Program-made: the position numbers and the translations under genes
Source of the DNA: Chloroflexota bacterium
GTDB lineage: Bacteria > Chloroflexota > Anaerolineae > Anaerolineales > UBA4823
Direction: 5' to 3'
NCBI GenBank assembly: GCA_029265355.1
Contig: JAJUJL010000005.1
Span: forward strand, 18,208 to 82,207
DNA: 64,000 bases
The notes under the pieces: generated by a model
Seen by the model: only the letters and a program-made list of their open reading frames with translations
Told to the model about the DNA's origin: nothing
Databases searched by the model: none
Shown here: piece by piece, positions 46,061 through 55,543 of the stretch
Position numbering within the stretch: the first letter of the stretch is position 1
How the letters are laid out: every line of letters starts with the position of its first letter

Positions 46061-48622
46061 TCAGGCGCTGCGGATGCGTGCGTTGAGCTCCTGCTCCAGT
46101 TTGCGCATGATGCGTTGGCGGATCTTGGCAGCCTCGTCGTCGGTCAACGTGCGGTCTTCAGCCTGGTAGGTCAGGCTATACGCCAGGCTTTTCTTGCCCT
46201 CTCCCACCTGCTGCCCGCGGTAAACATCAAACAGGCGCACCTCAGTCACCGCTTTGCCGCCCGCGCTGCGGATGACGCCTGCGACGGCGGCGGCAGGCAC
46301 GCTTTCATCGACGATCACCGCCAGGTCTTCCAGCACAGGCGGGAAGGCTGGCACAGGGGCAACCTCGTGGCGGTCTGGGATAGCGTGCAGCAGGGTGTTG
46401 AGATCGAAATCCGCCGCCAACAGCGCGCCAGCAGGCAACTCGAAGCGCTCGCGCACCTGGGGGTGCAACTCGCCCATCCAGCCGAGAGGCTGGTCATTCA
46501 CCAGCACCCTGGCGCATTTTCCAGGGTGGAAGGATGGATGTGCGCCAGGTTCGAAGCGAGCAGCGGCGATGTGCAGCCCATCCAGCACGGCTTCCACAAT
46601 GCCCTTGAGATCGTAGAAATCCATCATGAGGTTATCGGCGGGCTGCCAGCCGGGCAAGGCGCGCGGTCCGGTGAGCATAATCACCAGGCGCGGCTGCTCT
46701 TCGGGCAGATCTCCATCTTCCGAAGCGAAGAAAACTGGCGCAATTTCGAACAGCGCCAGGCGCGGTCGCAGGCGTGCATTGCGTTCCACCACCTCCAGCA
46801 GGCTCGCCATCAGGCTCTGGCGCAGCACGTTGCGATCAGAGACGATTGGGTTTGCCAGGCGCACATAGGGGCGATCATTGGCAGCGGTGCCCGGCGCCAG
46901 GCGGCGCGCCTCGCGCTCCGGCGAAGTCATGCGATAAGTGATGGTTTCCTGCAAGCCCAGGCTGACCAGCAAATCGCGCAGGCGCTCTTCGCGTTCCATC
47001 AGCGGGTTGCCAAGCTGTGGCGGCAGCTCATCTCGCAGGCGGGTTTCGGGGATGCGCTCGAAGCCGTAGACGCGGGCGATTTCCTCCATCACGTCGGCCT
47101 TGCCGACCACACCTGTGCCGATATCCAGGCGGTGATCCGGCGCAGCGGCGATGACGCGCCCGCTGTCGATCTGCACGCTGAACTCTAAACGCTGCAAAAT
47201 GTCCGCAATTTGCTGTACATCGAGCGCTATACCCAACCAACGCTGCACATCGGCAGGAGTGACCTCCACAACGGGAGTTTCGGGGGGAAGGGGGTAGTTG
47301 TCGATCAAGCCGCGATAAACCACCCCTCCACCCCACAGGCGCATCAACTCCAGGCAGCGCAGCACGCCGCGTGAGGCCATGGCGGGATGCACACCGCGCG
47401 AGAAGCGGTAGGCAGCTTCGGAAAGTAAGCGCTGCTTGCGCGAGGTTTTGCGCACATTGATGTAATTCCAGGCAGCGCCTTCCAGCAGCACATTGGTTGT
47501 CTGGTCGTTGACCTCCGACTCGAGGCCGCCCATGATGCCGGCGATGGAAAGTGAACCGGCGGTGTCGCACACCAGCACCGTGTCGCTGTCCAGCTCGCGA
47601 TCCACGCCGTCCAGCGTGGTCAGCCGCTCGCCCGGTTTTGCCGTGCGGGTGATGATGGTTGGCGCCTGCCCCCCGGCGCGGCGCACCAGGGTATCGTAAT
47701 CGAAAGCATGCAAAGGTTCGCCCACTTCCAGCATGGCATAGTTGGTGGCGTCAACGATATTGTTGATCGGACGCACACCTGCCAGGCGCAGGCGCAGTTG
47801 CACCCAGTATGGGCTGGGCGCGATTTTCACGCCCTCGATGTACCCCAGCACGAAACGCGGATTGAGCTTCGGGTCCTGGATATCGATGTACGCCAACCCC
47901 TCGACGCCGGGGCCATCCGCCTGCACGGTGAAGCGCGGCGGGCGCAGCTTCTGACCAGTGATCGCAGCCACTTCGCGGGCAACGCCAATGATGTTGGTTG
48001 CGCGGATGATATTGGGTGTGATGGCGATGTCCAGCACCGCATCCCCCATGTAATCGACCAGCGGCATACCCACCGGGGCTTCGTCGTCCAGGAAGATAAT
48101 GCCCTCGTGTTCGTCCGAAATGCCCAGTTCTTTCTCCGAACAAGCCATCGAGTAGGAGTCTACACCGCGGATCCTGGCGCGCTTCAGCGTGGTGAGCACC
48201 TGTCCCGGCTGGTGGCCATCGAAAATGCGGGCGCCTTCCCGGGCATAGCACACCTTGATGGGCTTCTCCAATGGGCCGATGCCTTTGTATGGAAAGAGGT
48301 TGGGCGCGCCGGTGAGCACGATGTGCTCTTGCTGCCCATCGTCCAGCCGGCAAAGCACCAACCGGTCGGCGTTGGGATGCGGCATCACTTCCAACACCGC
48401 CCCAACCACGATCGTCTCTGGATCCCATGCCAGGCCTGAGATTTTCGTTTCTGGGCGCGAGGGCGCGTCAGAGCGCCCCTGGGATTTGCCCTCCGGCATA
48501 GGAATGCCCACATAGCGGATTTCTTCCACTTCAAGACCCGCCATGGTCAGCTCATGGGCCAGATCCTCGATCGAAAGGCTGATATCAACATATTCACGCA
48601 ACCACGAAATGGGTACTTTCAT
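46061..48622 (-). CDS. pheT: Phenylalanine--tRNA ligase beta subunit
   Basis: 853-aa ORF with N-terminal MKVPISWLREYV and B3/4, B5 and FDX-ACB-like regions. Its start overlaps the pheS stop by 1 nt. Confidence 0.95.
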   Translation of the reverse strand: MKVPISWLREYVDISLSIEDLAHELTMAGLEVEEIRYVGIPMPEGKSQGRSDAPSRPETKISGLAWDPETIVVGAVLEVMPHPNADRLVLCRLDDGQQEHIVLTGAPNLFPYKGIGPLEKPIKVCYAREGARIFDGHQPGQVLTTLKRARIRGVDSYSMACSEKELGISDEHEGIIFLDDEAPVGMPLVDYMGDAVLDIAITPNIIRATNIIGVAREVAAITGQKLRPPRFTVQADGPGVEGLAYIDIQDPKLNPRFVLGYIEGVKIAPSPYWVQLRLRLAGVRPINNIVDATNYAMLEVGEPLHAFDYDTLVRRAGGQAPTIITRTAKPGERLTTLDGVDRELDSDTVLVCDTAGSLSIAGIMGGLESEVNDQTTNVLLEGAAWNYINVRKTSRKQRLLSEAAYRFSRGVHPAMASRGVLRCLELMRLWGGGVVYRGLIDNYPLPPETPVVEVTPADVQRWLGIALDVQQIADILQRLEFSVQIDSGRVIAAAPDHRLDIGTGVVGKADVMEEIARVYGFERIPETRLRDELPPQLGNPLMEREERLRDLLVSLGLQETITYRMTSPEREARRLAPGTAANDRPYVRLANPIVSDRNVLRQSLMASLLEVVERNARLRPRLALFEIAPVFFASEDGDLPEEQPRLVIMLTGPRALPGWQPADNLMMDFYDLKGIVEAVLDGLHIAAARFEPGAHPSFHPGKCARVLVNDQPLGWMGELHPQVRERFELPAGALLAADFDLNTLLHAIPDRHEVAPVPAFPPVLEDLAVIVDESVPAAAVAGVIRSAGGKAVTEVRLFDVYRGQQVGEGKKSLAYSLTYQAEDRTLTDDEAAKIRQRIMRKLEQELNARIRSA

Positions 48623-49683
48623 CAGAACTGCTCCAGGAATCGCATATCATTTGACCAGAAATAACGGATATCTTCGATGCGGTGCAGCAGCATCGCCAGG
48701 CGCTCTGGCCCCATGCCAAAAGCAAAGCCAGAGTAGCGCTCAGGGTCGTATCCACCGTTGCGCAGCACATTGGGATGCACCATGCCAGAACCCATGATCT
48801 CCAGCCAGCCGCTGTACTTGCACACCGGGCAGCCCTCACCGCCGCACACAAAACACTCGAAATCCACTTCCGCCGAAGGTTCGGTGAAGGGAAAGTGCGA
48901 GGCGCGGAAGCGCGTGCGCACATTCTGCCCAAACATGCGCCGGGCGAAATCGCTGATCGTGCCTTTCAGGTCGCCGAAAGTCACCCGCGCCCCAACCGCC
49001 AGGCCTTCCACCTGAGTGAACTGGATCTCAGAGCGGGCGCTGACCTGCTCGTAGCGGAAGCACATCCCCGGCAGGATGATGCGAATGGGCGGCGGGTTGG
49101 CCGGGTCCAGCGCGGCAAAGTGGCGCATGGCGTGGATCTGCCCTGGCGAGGTGTGGGTGCGCAGCAGCACCGGGTTATCGCCGCGTTCTTTGCCGGTGTC
49201 GATGTAGTACGAGTCCTGCATGTCACGCGCCGGGTGATTGGGGGGGAAGTTGAGCAGTTGAAAGTTGTACTCATCTGTTTCAACTTCCCGTGAGCGGAAG
49301 ACCTGGAAGCCCATCTCGGCAAAGACCTGATAGATCCTGCGCAGCGTTTGCGTGGCAGGGTGCAGCCGCCCGTGAGCCAGCGGCCGGCCCGGCAGGCCAA
49401 CATCCAGGCGCTCGGCCTGCAACGCACGCGCCAGGGCAGCCTCTCGCAGCGCAGCCGATCGCTCTGCCAGGGCAGCTTCGAGAGCCTGCTTGACCTCATT
49501 GGCGCGCTTGCCAACCACCGGACGCTCTTCCTTGCTCACTTTGCTCAAGCCAGCAAAGACCATCATGAGCGGCGAGCTGCGCCCCAGGTGTGCCACCCGC
49601 CACTGCTCCAGGCTGGCCTCATCGCTGGCATTCTGCAGCGCAGCCAGCCCATCTTGTTCGATGCGATCCAATTGTTCAATCAT
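48622..49683 (-). CDS. pheS: Phenylalanine--tRNA ligase alpha subunit
   Basis: Class II aaRS motifs (FRxE-type CFRYEQVSARSEIQFTQVEG, GFAFGMGPERLAML). Start set at the ATG preceded by GGAGGTG; the ORF extends to 49719. Confidence 0.95.
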   Translation of the reverse strand: MIEQLDRIEQDGLAALQNASDEASLEQWRVAHLGRSSPLMMVFAGLSKVSKEERPVVGKRANEVKQALEAALAERSAALREAALARALQAERLDVGLPGRPLAHGRLHPATQTLRRIYQVFAEMGFQVFRSREVETDEYNFQLLNFPPNHPARDMQDSYYIDTGKERGDNPVLLRTHTSPGQIHAMRHFAALDPANPPPIRIILPGMCFRYEQVSARSEIQFTQVEGLAVGARVTFGDLKGTISDFARRMFGQNVRTRFRASHFPFTEPSAEVDFECFVCGGEGCPVCKYSGWLEIMGSGMVHPNVLRNGGYDPERYSGFAFGMGPERLAMLLHRIEDIRYFWSNDMRFLEQF

Positions 49684-49747
49684 CCGCTTCACCTCCACGT
49701 TCAGGTGGGTACCCTGCACCTGTGGTTAAGTTTGTTGGGGACTGGCT

Positions 49748-50048
49748 ATAAACGAGAAAGCCCGCCCCACAACTGGGACGGGCGAAAACCCGCGGTACCA
49801 CCCAGGTTGGCCGCCGGTGCGCGGCCCTCCTCTGCAGCCAGGCAAATTCAGACCTGGCTCCCCCGGATAACGCTGGGGCTGCGTCCCGGGCTACTTGACT
49901 CTGCACAGCAGAGCGTTGACGCCGGGCAGCTCGAGAGGGAACTTCTGCCAGCTTCCACCCGGCGGGGTCTCAGTCAATTCCCGCCTCCCTGTTGGCTTCG
50001 GGCTGCGCAAGCAGCGCTGGCTTACTTTCCTCTGTCGTCGCTGTTATG
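49748..50048 (-). promoter_or_regulatory. T-box leader (tRNA-sensing riboswitch) of pheS-pheT
   Basis: On the minus strand: AGGGAG box, GGTGGAAGC, and the T-box sequence CTGGGTGGTACCGCGGG (plus-strand 49789..49804). A terminator follows: GCCCGTCCCA / TGGGGCGGGC plus TTTCTCGTTT. Confidence 0.85.
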
Positions 50049-50054
50049 AAGGCA

Positions 50055-50082
50055 ATTATCTACGAAATGATAAGGCTGTCAA
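50055..50082 (-). promoter_or_regulatory. Promoter of the pheST T-box leader
   Basis: On the minus strand: TTGACA, 16 nt, GATAAT. The -35 overlaps the stop region of the upstream hydrolase gene. Confidence 0.5.
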
Positions 50083-51620
50083 GAAGAGATTATGTAGACA
50101 TGCTGACGGATTGCCAGCAGGGTGCGCAAGGCGCCCCACCCCAGCGTGAAAATAAGGATAACCAGGTAAAGCAAGCCCACCTCAGGATTGAAGGATAGCG
50201 ATAGCATCAGTGTGGTGTTGGATTGTGGAATTTCCCAAAACAAGATATACCCCGCCAGAACCAGATCGAGCAACGGCAGCAGCGCCCAAAACACCAATCG
50301 GTTCTGCCGAGAATTCACCGAGCGGCGGACTTGAGAACTGCCTGGGAACAGGCGGCGGATTGACCAAATAAAGCTGGCGAGCAATACCAGCACGACAACC
50401 ATGCCGACGTATTGTCCATACTGCGTCATGAAATCATCACTGCGGGAAAAAATCGCCGGTTCCAGCCCCAGGGCGAGCAGGGCGGTGTTCCAGGCAATAT
50501 TTTCGTACTCGAATGTACGGCGCTGATCGGTCTTGTTCATCAAGATCGCCACACCCAGTTCCTGCTCGGGTATCAAAAGCATAAGGCTCTTAAAATTCGC
50601 CCATTCGCCACCGTGAGAAATGCCCGTGGGGGTGGGTCCGCCAGGGGGCGCCGCATCTGGGAATGGAAAAACGGTCCACCCCATGGCGTAACTGACCTGC
50701 TCCCCAATTTGCACCCCGGGAAGGTGCAGCTCTTCCATACTTTCTGGAGACAGGATCACCGCGCCATCTGAGGAGCGCCCCTGATTGAGATGAGCGATCA
50801 GGTAATGGGCCATGTCTTCTGCGCTGGCAAACAACCCTGCCGAGGGCGTCACCGTCCGGGAGTAGGGCATGAAACGGTCATATTCCAAAGTCATTCCAAA
50901 GAAAGCGATGTAGCCGCTGGAAACTCTGCCGGCCTGCGCCTTGCTCAAGGAGGTAAATGAGTTCTGCATTCTTAATGGGGCAAAGATTTTTTCCTCGATG
51001 TAGGTCTCGTATGGCATTCCCGATACAGTTTGGATGAGCAAACCCAAGATATCGTAGTTTGTATTGGAATACTCAAAGCGCTCACCCGGAGCGGCGCTCA
51101 ATCTCGATCTGCTCAAACGGCGCACGCTCATCTCCAGCGCATCATCCATACTGTCCCGCTCCAGGTTTCTTTCATAACCCTCCAGCTCAGAAAATCCACT
51201 CGTCTGGTAGAGAAGCTGGCGGACCGTGACCTGGGATGAAGCCTGCGAATCTGCCACTTCAAACCAGGGCAGGTATTCCTGCACGGGAGCATCCAGGCGA
51301 AGCTTGCCCGCCTCAACCAACTGCATGATCCCCAGGGCAGTGAAGGATTTGCTCATCGAAGCGATGAGAAATGGCGTTTGAGGCGTCACCGGGCGCCCGC
51401 CCACGCCGGCTGTGCCATAGCCGCGCAGATAGGCAATCTGGTCGCCGCGCACGATGGCGATCGCCAGTCCAGGGATCCGCAATTCCTGCAGTTGCTCTTC
51501 GATGTAAGTATCCATATCGGGCTGCGAGATTTCTGCATGCGCCGGTTGATCCTGAACGAGCCAGAGGATGGTCAGAAGCAAGAAAACAACTGCCAAGTGC
51601 TGTGCCATGAGCTTACGCAT
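50079..51620 (-). CDS. Serine hydrolase (class C beta-lactamase / PBP4-like fold) with C-terminal transmembrane region
   Basis: SxxK (SMSKSF) and YxN (YSNTNY) motifs, an N-terminal signal-like helix and about 4 C-terminal hydrophobic helices. Start set at the internal ATG; the ORF extends to 51680. Confidence 0.8.
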   Translation of the reverse strand: MRKLMAQHLAVVFLLLTILWLVQDQPAHAEISQPDMDTYIEEQLQELRIPGLAIAIVRGDQIAYLRGYGTAGVGGRPVTPQTPFLIASMSKSFTALGIMQLVEAGKLRLDAPVQEYLPWFEVADSQASSQVTVRQLLYQTSGFSELEGYERNLERDSMDDALEMSVRRLSRSRLSAAPGERFEYSNTNYDILGLLIQTVSGMPYETYIEEKIFAPLRMQNSFTSLSKAQAGRVSSGYIAFFGMTLEYDRFMPYSRTVTPSAGLFASAEDMAHYLIAHLNQGRSSDGAVILSPESMEELHLPGVQIGEQVSYAMGWTVFPFPDAAPPGGPTPTGISHGGEWANFKSLMLLIPEQELGVAILMNKTDQRRTFEYENIAWNTALLALGLEPAIFSRSDDFMTQYGQYVGMVVVLVLLASFIWSIRRLFPGSSQVRRSVNSRQNRLVFWALLPLLDLVLAGYILFWEIPQSNTTLMLSLSFNPEVGLLYLVILIFTLGWGALRTLLAIRQHVYIISS

Positions 51621-51951
51621 GCAGTGTTGGTCCACGAATCTCCTTGCCAGCGCTGCAAGTTCTTTCCAACTCAGCAGCATATTCCTACTAATTTTGTCTA
51701 AATACCCCGCTTATTTTAACCGAAAATTGCCACGCGCCCCAGGTGGATTTGTGGCGCGGACGCCTTCTCAATGGAGCCATTGCGCCAGGCAGGAACGGCT
51801 ATGTTATTTGCAAAACTGTAAAGCCATTTTGCCATCATACCGGCTTTAATAGAGATATCTAAAACGCATAGCCGCCCGCCAGTTTATGAATGCGGTTATA
51901 ATCCTGGGAGTGAGCCGATCAAAGAGCAATCCGGTAAAGAACTATCCATTG

Positions 51952-52863
51952 ATGAAGCAGGCTGCGCTAGCCTGGCTGGGCGCAGCGGCAGTCATTCTCC
52001 TGCTTTCAGCCTGCGGACGCGGACTGGCGCTTCCAGCGCTGCAGCCATCGCCAATGGCGCCCCTGGCGACCCAGACGCCGGCCCTGCACACCGCCACGCC
52101 TTTCCAGCCTTCGCCGACCAGCGAGCCTTTGGCAGCGCTGGTCAACGGCGAGCCGATCGTTTTGGTGCAGTTTCAGGCTGAGCTGGCGCGCTACCAGGCC
52201 GCGGCTGGCACAGAACTGGCAACCCAAGATCAACAGCGCGTGCTGCAAGCGATGATCGACCAGCTTCTGCTGGCGCAGGCTGCAACTGAGGCTGGCTATG
52301 TCTTGGATGAATCCGCTTTGCAAACCCGGCTGGAGCAGCTCAGCACCGAGGTTGGCGGGCAGCAAGCCCTGCTGGATTGGATGGCCTCCAACGGCTACGT
52401 GCCGGAAACGTTTCGCCAGGAGCTGGCGCAGGCTGCCGCGGCAGCCTGGATGCGCGACCAGATTGCGGCTTCTGTTCCACTGACAGGGGAGCAGGTGCAC
52501 GCCCGCTGGCTGCGATTTAACAATCGAGATGAGGCGCAGCAAACCCTGGCGCAGATTCGCGCTGGCGCCGATTTCGCCGCCCTGGCGGCCGAGGCTGACC
52601 CGCTGGCTAAAGGCGATTTGGACTGGTTTCCGCGCGGCTACCTGGTGGATGCGGCTTTGGAAGAGGCTGCCTTCCTACTTCAACCTGGCCAGGTCAGCGA
52701 GGTGATCGAAAGCAGCCTGGGCTTCATTCTGCTGCAGGTCATCGAGCGCGACCCGGCTCGCCCATTGAGTCCGGATGCGCTGCTGCAGCTTCAATCCCAG
52801 GCTGTGCAGGACTGGTTGGAGCAGCGCCGGGCTGAGAGCGCTATACAAATCTACTTGCCCTGA
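51952..52863 (+). CDS. Parvulin-type peptidyl-prolyl isomerase lipoprotein (PrsA/SurA-like)
   Basis: Lipobox-like LLLSAC after a signal helix, a SurA-N-like helical region, and a C-terminal PPIC rotamase region (FILLQVIERD...). The ORF extends upstream to 51886. Confidence 0.78.
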   Translation: MKQAALAWLGAAAVILLLSACGRGLALPALQPSPMAPLATQTPALHTATPFQPSPTSEPLAALVNGEPIVLVQFQAELARYQAAAGTELATQDQQRVLQAMIDQLLLAQAATEAGYVLDESALQTRLEQLSTEVGGQQALLDWMASNGYVPETFRQELAQAAAAAWMRDQIAASVPLTGEQVHARWLRFNNRDEAQQTLAQIRAGADFAALAAEADPLAKGDLDWFPRGYLVDAALEEAAFLLQPGQVSEVIESSLGFILLQVIERDPARPLSPDALLQLQSQAVQDWLEQRRAESAIQIYLP

Positions 52864-52922
52864 GCAGCGCGCCAAGCGGCCCGGCTCAGCTTTTGCATCA
52901 TGACGAACACAGGGATGTGCTT

Positions 52923-53675
52923 ATGGATACCTTTGATTATCAAGATCCCGAACAAGCGAAACGCAGAACGTCGAATTTGATTTGGAATGTGCTGACGATG
53001 CTGGTCTTGTTGGCAACGATAGCATTGGCAGGCATGATATTGAGCATTTTCCTAAACCCGTATTCCGCGTTCAATCCTTTTCCGCCGCCCACCCCGCCGG
53101 TGCTGCTGCAACTTCCCACGCTGACGCCCACCCCGCTGGTGATCTTCGAGCCAACCTGGACGCCGGTGCCCAGCCTGACTCCCACGGCGACCTTCACGCC
53201 TCGCCCCACCGAAACGCTGATTCCTACTGAGACGCCCTTTCCCCTGTTCACACCCACCACATCCTCAACCGGCAGTGCGCCAGCCTCCAGCATGCCCTTT
53301 ATCGTGGCGCAGGGCAGCCCGGTTGCCATATCCAGCGCTGCCTTTTACCCCGAATTGGGCTGCAATTGGATGGGTGTTGCTGGACAGGTGCTGGATTTGA
53401 GCGGCGCGCCGGTTGCCACCGGCGTAGTCATCCAATTGAGCGGCGTCCTGGGTGGACAGTTTTTGGAAATGACCAGCCTGACCGGCGTCGCCCCCCAGTA
53501 TGGACCCGCTGGCTACGAGTTCTTCTTGCTGGACAAGCCCATCGCCTCCAACCGCACCCTGTGGGTGCAACTCCTCGATCAAGCCGGCTTGCCCATGTCG
53601 GAGAAAATCTACTTCGAAACTTTCGACGCCTGCGAGAAAAACCTGATCTACATCAACTTTCGCCAGGTGCGCTAA
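52923..53675 (+). CDS. Hypothetical membrane-anchored protein with Pro/Thr-rich linker
   Basis: One TM helix, a long PT-rich segment, and a ~130-aa C-terminal domain with no motif I recognise. An alternative start is at 52893. Confidence 0.6.
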   Translation: MDTFDYQDPEQAKRRTSNLIWNVLTMLVLLATIALAGMILSIFLNPYSAFNPFPPPTPPVLLQLPTLTPTPLVIFEPTWTPVPSLTPTATFTPRPTETLIPTETPFPLFTPTTSSTGSAPASSMPFIVAQGSPVAISSAAFYPELGCNWMGVAGQVLDLSGAPVATGVVIQLSGVLGGQFLEMTSLTGVAPQYGPAGYEFFLLDKPIASNRTLWVQLLDQAGLPMSEKIYFETFDACEKNLIYINFRQVR

Positions 53676-53682
53676 AAAAAAA

Positions 53683-53723
53683 CAGGGCATTACCAGGCGA
53701 AAAAACCGCCTGGTAATGCCCTG
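53683..53723. terminator. Bidirectional hairpin terminator
   Basis: 17-bp perfect stem CAGGGCATTACCAGGCG / CGCCTGGTAATGCCCTG. The A9 run on its plus-strand 5' side gives a U-run for the minus-strand Nfo-like gene. Confidence 0.75.
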
Positions 53724-53739
53724 ATCAATGGCTGCGCCG

Positions 53740-54588
53740 CTACATTTCCTGCCACACTTTCATCGCATAAACTGCATCATCTTCCAATACCGGGCTTTCG
53801 ATCAATATCCTTCCCCGGCACTCAAAGGCTTTCAAAGCCTGGTAGATGGCTTTCAGGTCCAGGTCTGACTCTTCCAGAGGCAGGTGCTCGCGTTCACCTT
53901 TTTCGGAATACTCGATGCCGGAGAGGTGACAGTGCAGGTCTTGCAGTTTTTCCGGTCCCAGCGCTGCTGCATAGGTTTCCAACAGGCGCGACCATTCATC
54001 ATAGGAATTCATCGAGCCATCTCCGGGGCGGGCATGCAGGTGTGCAAAGTCGATGCACGGCAGCACGCCTTCGATCTCGCGGCTCATCATCAGCGTGTCT
54101 TCCAGCGAACCCAGCATCGCCGATTTGCCCATTGTCTCAGGGCGGAGAATGACTGGATTGCCGGCGGCGCGCAGCTCCTCCAGGCAGCCTTGCAGGCGCG
54201 GGATGGCAACTCGCAGCGCCTCCGCCGCCGGGCGTTCGAAATACGAGCCAGGGTGGAAAACAATGTCCGTTGCGCCAGCCAGGTTTCCGTAGTGAGCAGC
54301 ATCCATTAAGCGCTGGCGAGACTTGGGCCACTCCTGCTCATCGGCGTTCAAGTTGATGTAGTAGGGAGCATGCACGCTGATGGCGACATCCTGTTCCTGG
54401 GCAGCCGCCCGAATGGCAAGGCAGGTTTCCTCAGAGACGCGCACCGAGCGCACCCAACCCAGCTCAAGACCATGCAAACCCAGTTCAGCCAGGTGGAGCA
54501 CCGCTCCCACACTGCCGCCTGGCTTCTTGGGAGTGGAAAGAGGAGAACCCACGGTGCCAAAGCGAAAGGAAGCGTTGGGATCGAACAT
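53740..54588 (-). CDS. Xylose-isomerase-like TIM-barrel protein, endonuclease IV (Nfo)-like
   Basis: 282-aa ORF. HAPYYINL resembles the Endo IV HAPYLINL block, and later H/D/E metal-ligand positions are plausible. Confidence 0.65.
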   Translation of the reverse strand: MFDPNASFRFGTVGSPLSTPKKPGGSVGAVLHLAELGLHGLELGWVRSVRVSEETCLAIRAAAQEQDVAISVHAPYYINLNADEQEWPKSRQRLMDAAHYGNLAGATDIVFHPGSYFERPAAEALRVAIPRLQGCLEELRAAGNPVILRPETMGKSAMLGSLEDTLMMSREIEGVLPCIDFAHLHARPGDGSMNSYDEWSRLLETYAAALGPEKLQDLHCHLSGIEYSEKGEREHLPLEESDLDLKAIYQALKAFECRGRILIESPVLEDDAVYAMKVWQEM

Positions 54589-54667
54589 TGTTAACTCCTA
54601 TACCCTCTGAATAAGGATGGTGAACGCATTGATCAGCGGCGGTGGCGCCTGGCCCGGCGCCACCAAC

Positions 54668-55069
54668 CTATAATTCCGGAAACAATGCCCGCAGGCGATC
54701 CCACAGCGGCGGTCCCAGGATGAGCAATCCAATCACCACCGAACTGCCTGCGGCAATCAGCACTGCGGCCGCGCCGACGTCTTTGCCCACCCGCGCCAGC
54801 TCGAGCTGCTCGTGCTGGCTGGCAAGGTCGACCACCGCTTCCAGGGCAGTATTGATAAATTCCGCCGTCCATACCATGGCGATGGCGATCACGATCGTAG
54901 CCCATTGGCCGGCGCTGATCTGCAGCCAAAAGCACAGCGCAATCACCACGGCGCTCACCGCGGCGTGGATCCAGGCATTGCGCTGCGTGCGAAGCACGAA
55001 CCACCAGCCCTGAAAGGCATAGCGGAACGAACGCGCTCGCGATGAAAAGAACTCCCACATGGCAGGCAT
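54668..55069 (-). CDS. dgkA: Diacylglycerol/undecaprenol kinase (DgkA family)
   Basis: 133-aa 3-TM ORF with N-terminal SFRYAFQGW...RTQRN and TAxE motifs. Follows ybeY. Confidence 0.85.
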   Translation of the reverse strand: MPAMWEFFSSRARSFRYAFQGWWFVLRTQRNAWIHAAVSAVVIALCFWLQISAGQWATIVIAIAMVWTAEFINTALEAVVDLASQHEQLELARVGKDVGAAAVLIAAGSSVVIGLLILGPPLWDRLRALFPEL

Positions 55070-55072
55070 CGG

Positions 55073-55543
55073 CTACTCACTCAGCGCAGGCCCGCGGATG
55101 GCGCAACCCAAATCAGCCAGCACCTGGGCTTGCAGCGCCCACATGGCAGCTTTGTCTTGCGCTGCAGCGTGATCATAGCCTGCCAGGTGCAGCACGCCAT
55201 GCACTGCCAGCAATTGCAGTTCATCCAGCGGGCTGTGCCCGGTGGCTGCCGCCTGCGCCTGGGCGCGCGGCAAGGAGATGATGATATCCCCCAGGTACTG
55301 CGCGCCGCTCTCCGGATCCATCTCTCCAGCCGGAAAGGAGAGCACATCGGTAGGGGCATCGAGGCCCCGGTACTCGCGATTGAAGCGCTGGATCGTCTCA
55401 TCGTCTGCCAGCAGGATGCTGAGCTCTGCATCCTGCTGGTGGATGGCTTCCAGGCAGGCTTGCGCAGCGACTTCCAGTCGGTGCAGGTAAACCTCCAGGT
55501 CACGGTCGGTTTCATATCGCTCTTCAGCTTGCACGTAAATCAT
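55073..55543 (-). CDS. ybeY: rRNA maturation endoribonuclease YbeY
   Basis: Zinc motif HGVLHLAGYDH. Confidence 0.93.
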   Translation of the reverse strand: MIYVQAEERYETDRDLEVYLHRLEVAAQACLEAIHQQDAELSILLADDETIQRFNREYRGLDAPTDVLSFPAGEMDPESGAQYLGDIIISLPRAQAQAAATGHSPLDELQLLAVHGVLHLAGYDHAAAQDKAAMWALQAQVLADLGCAIRGPALSE

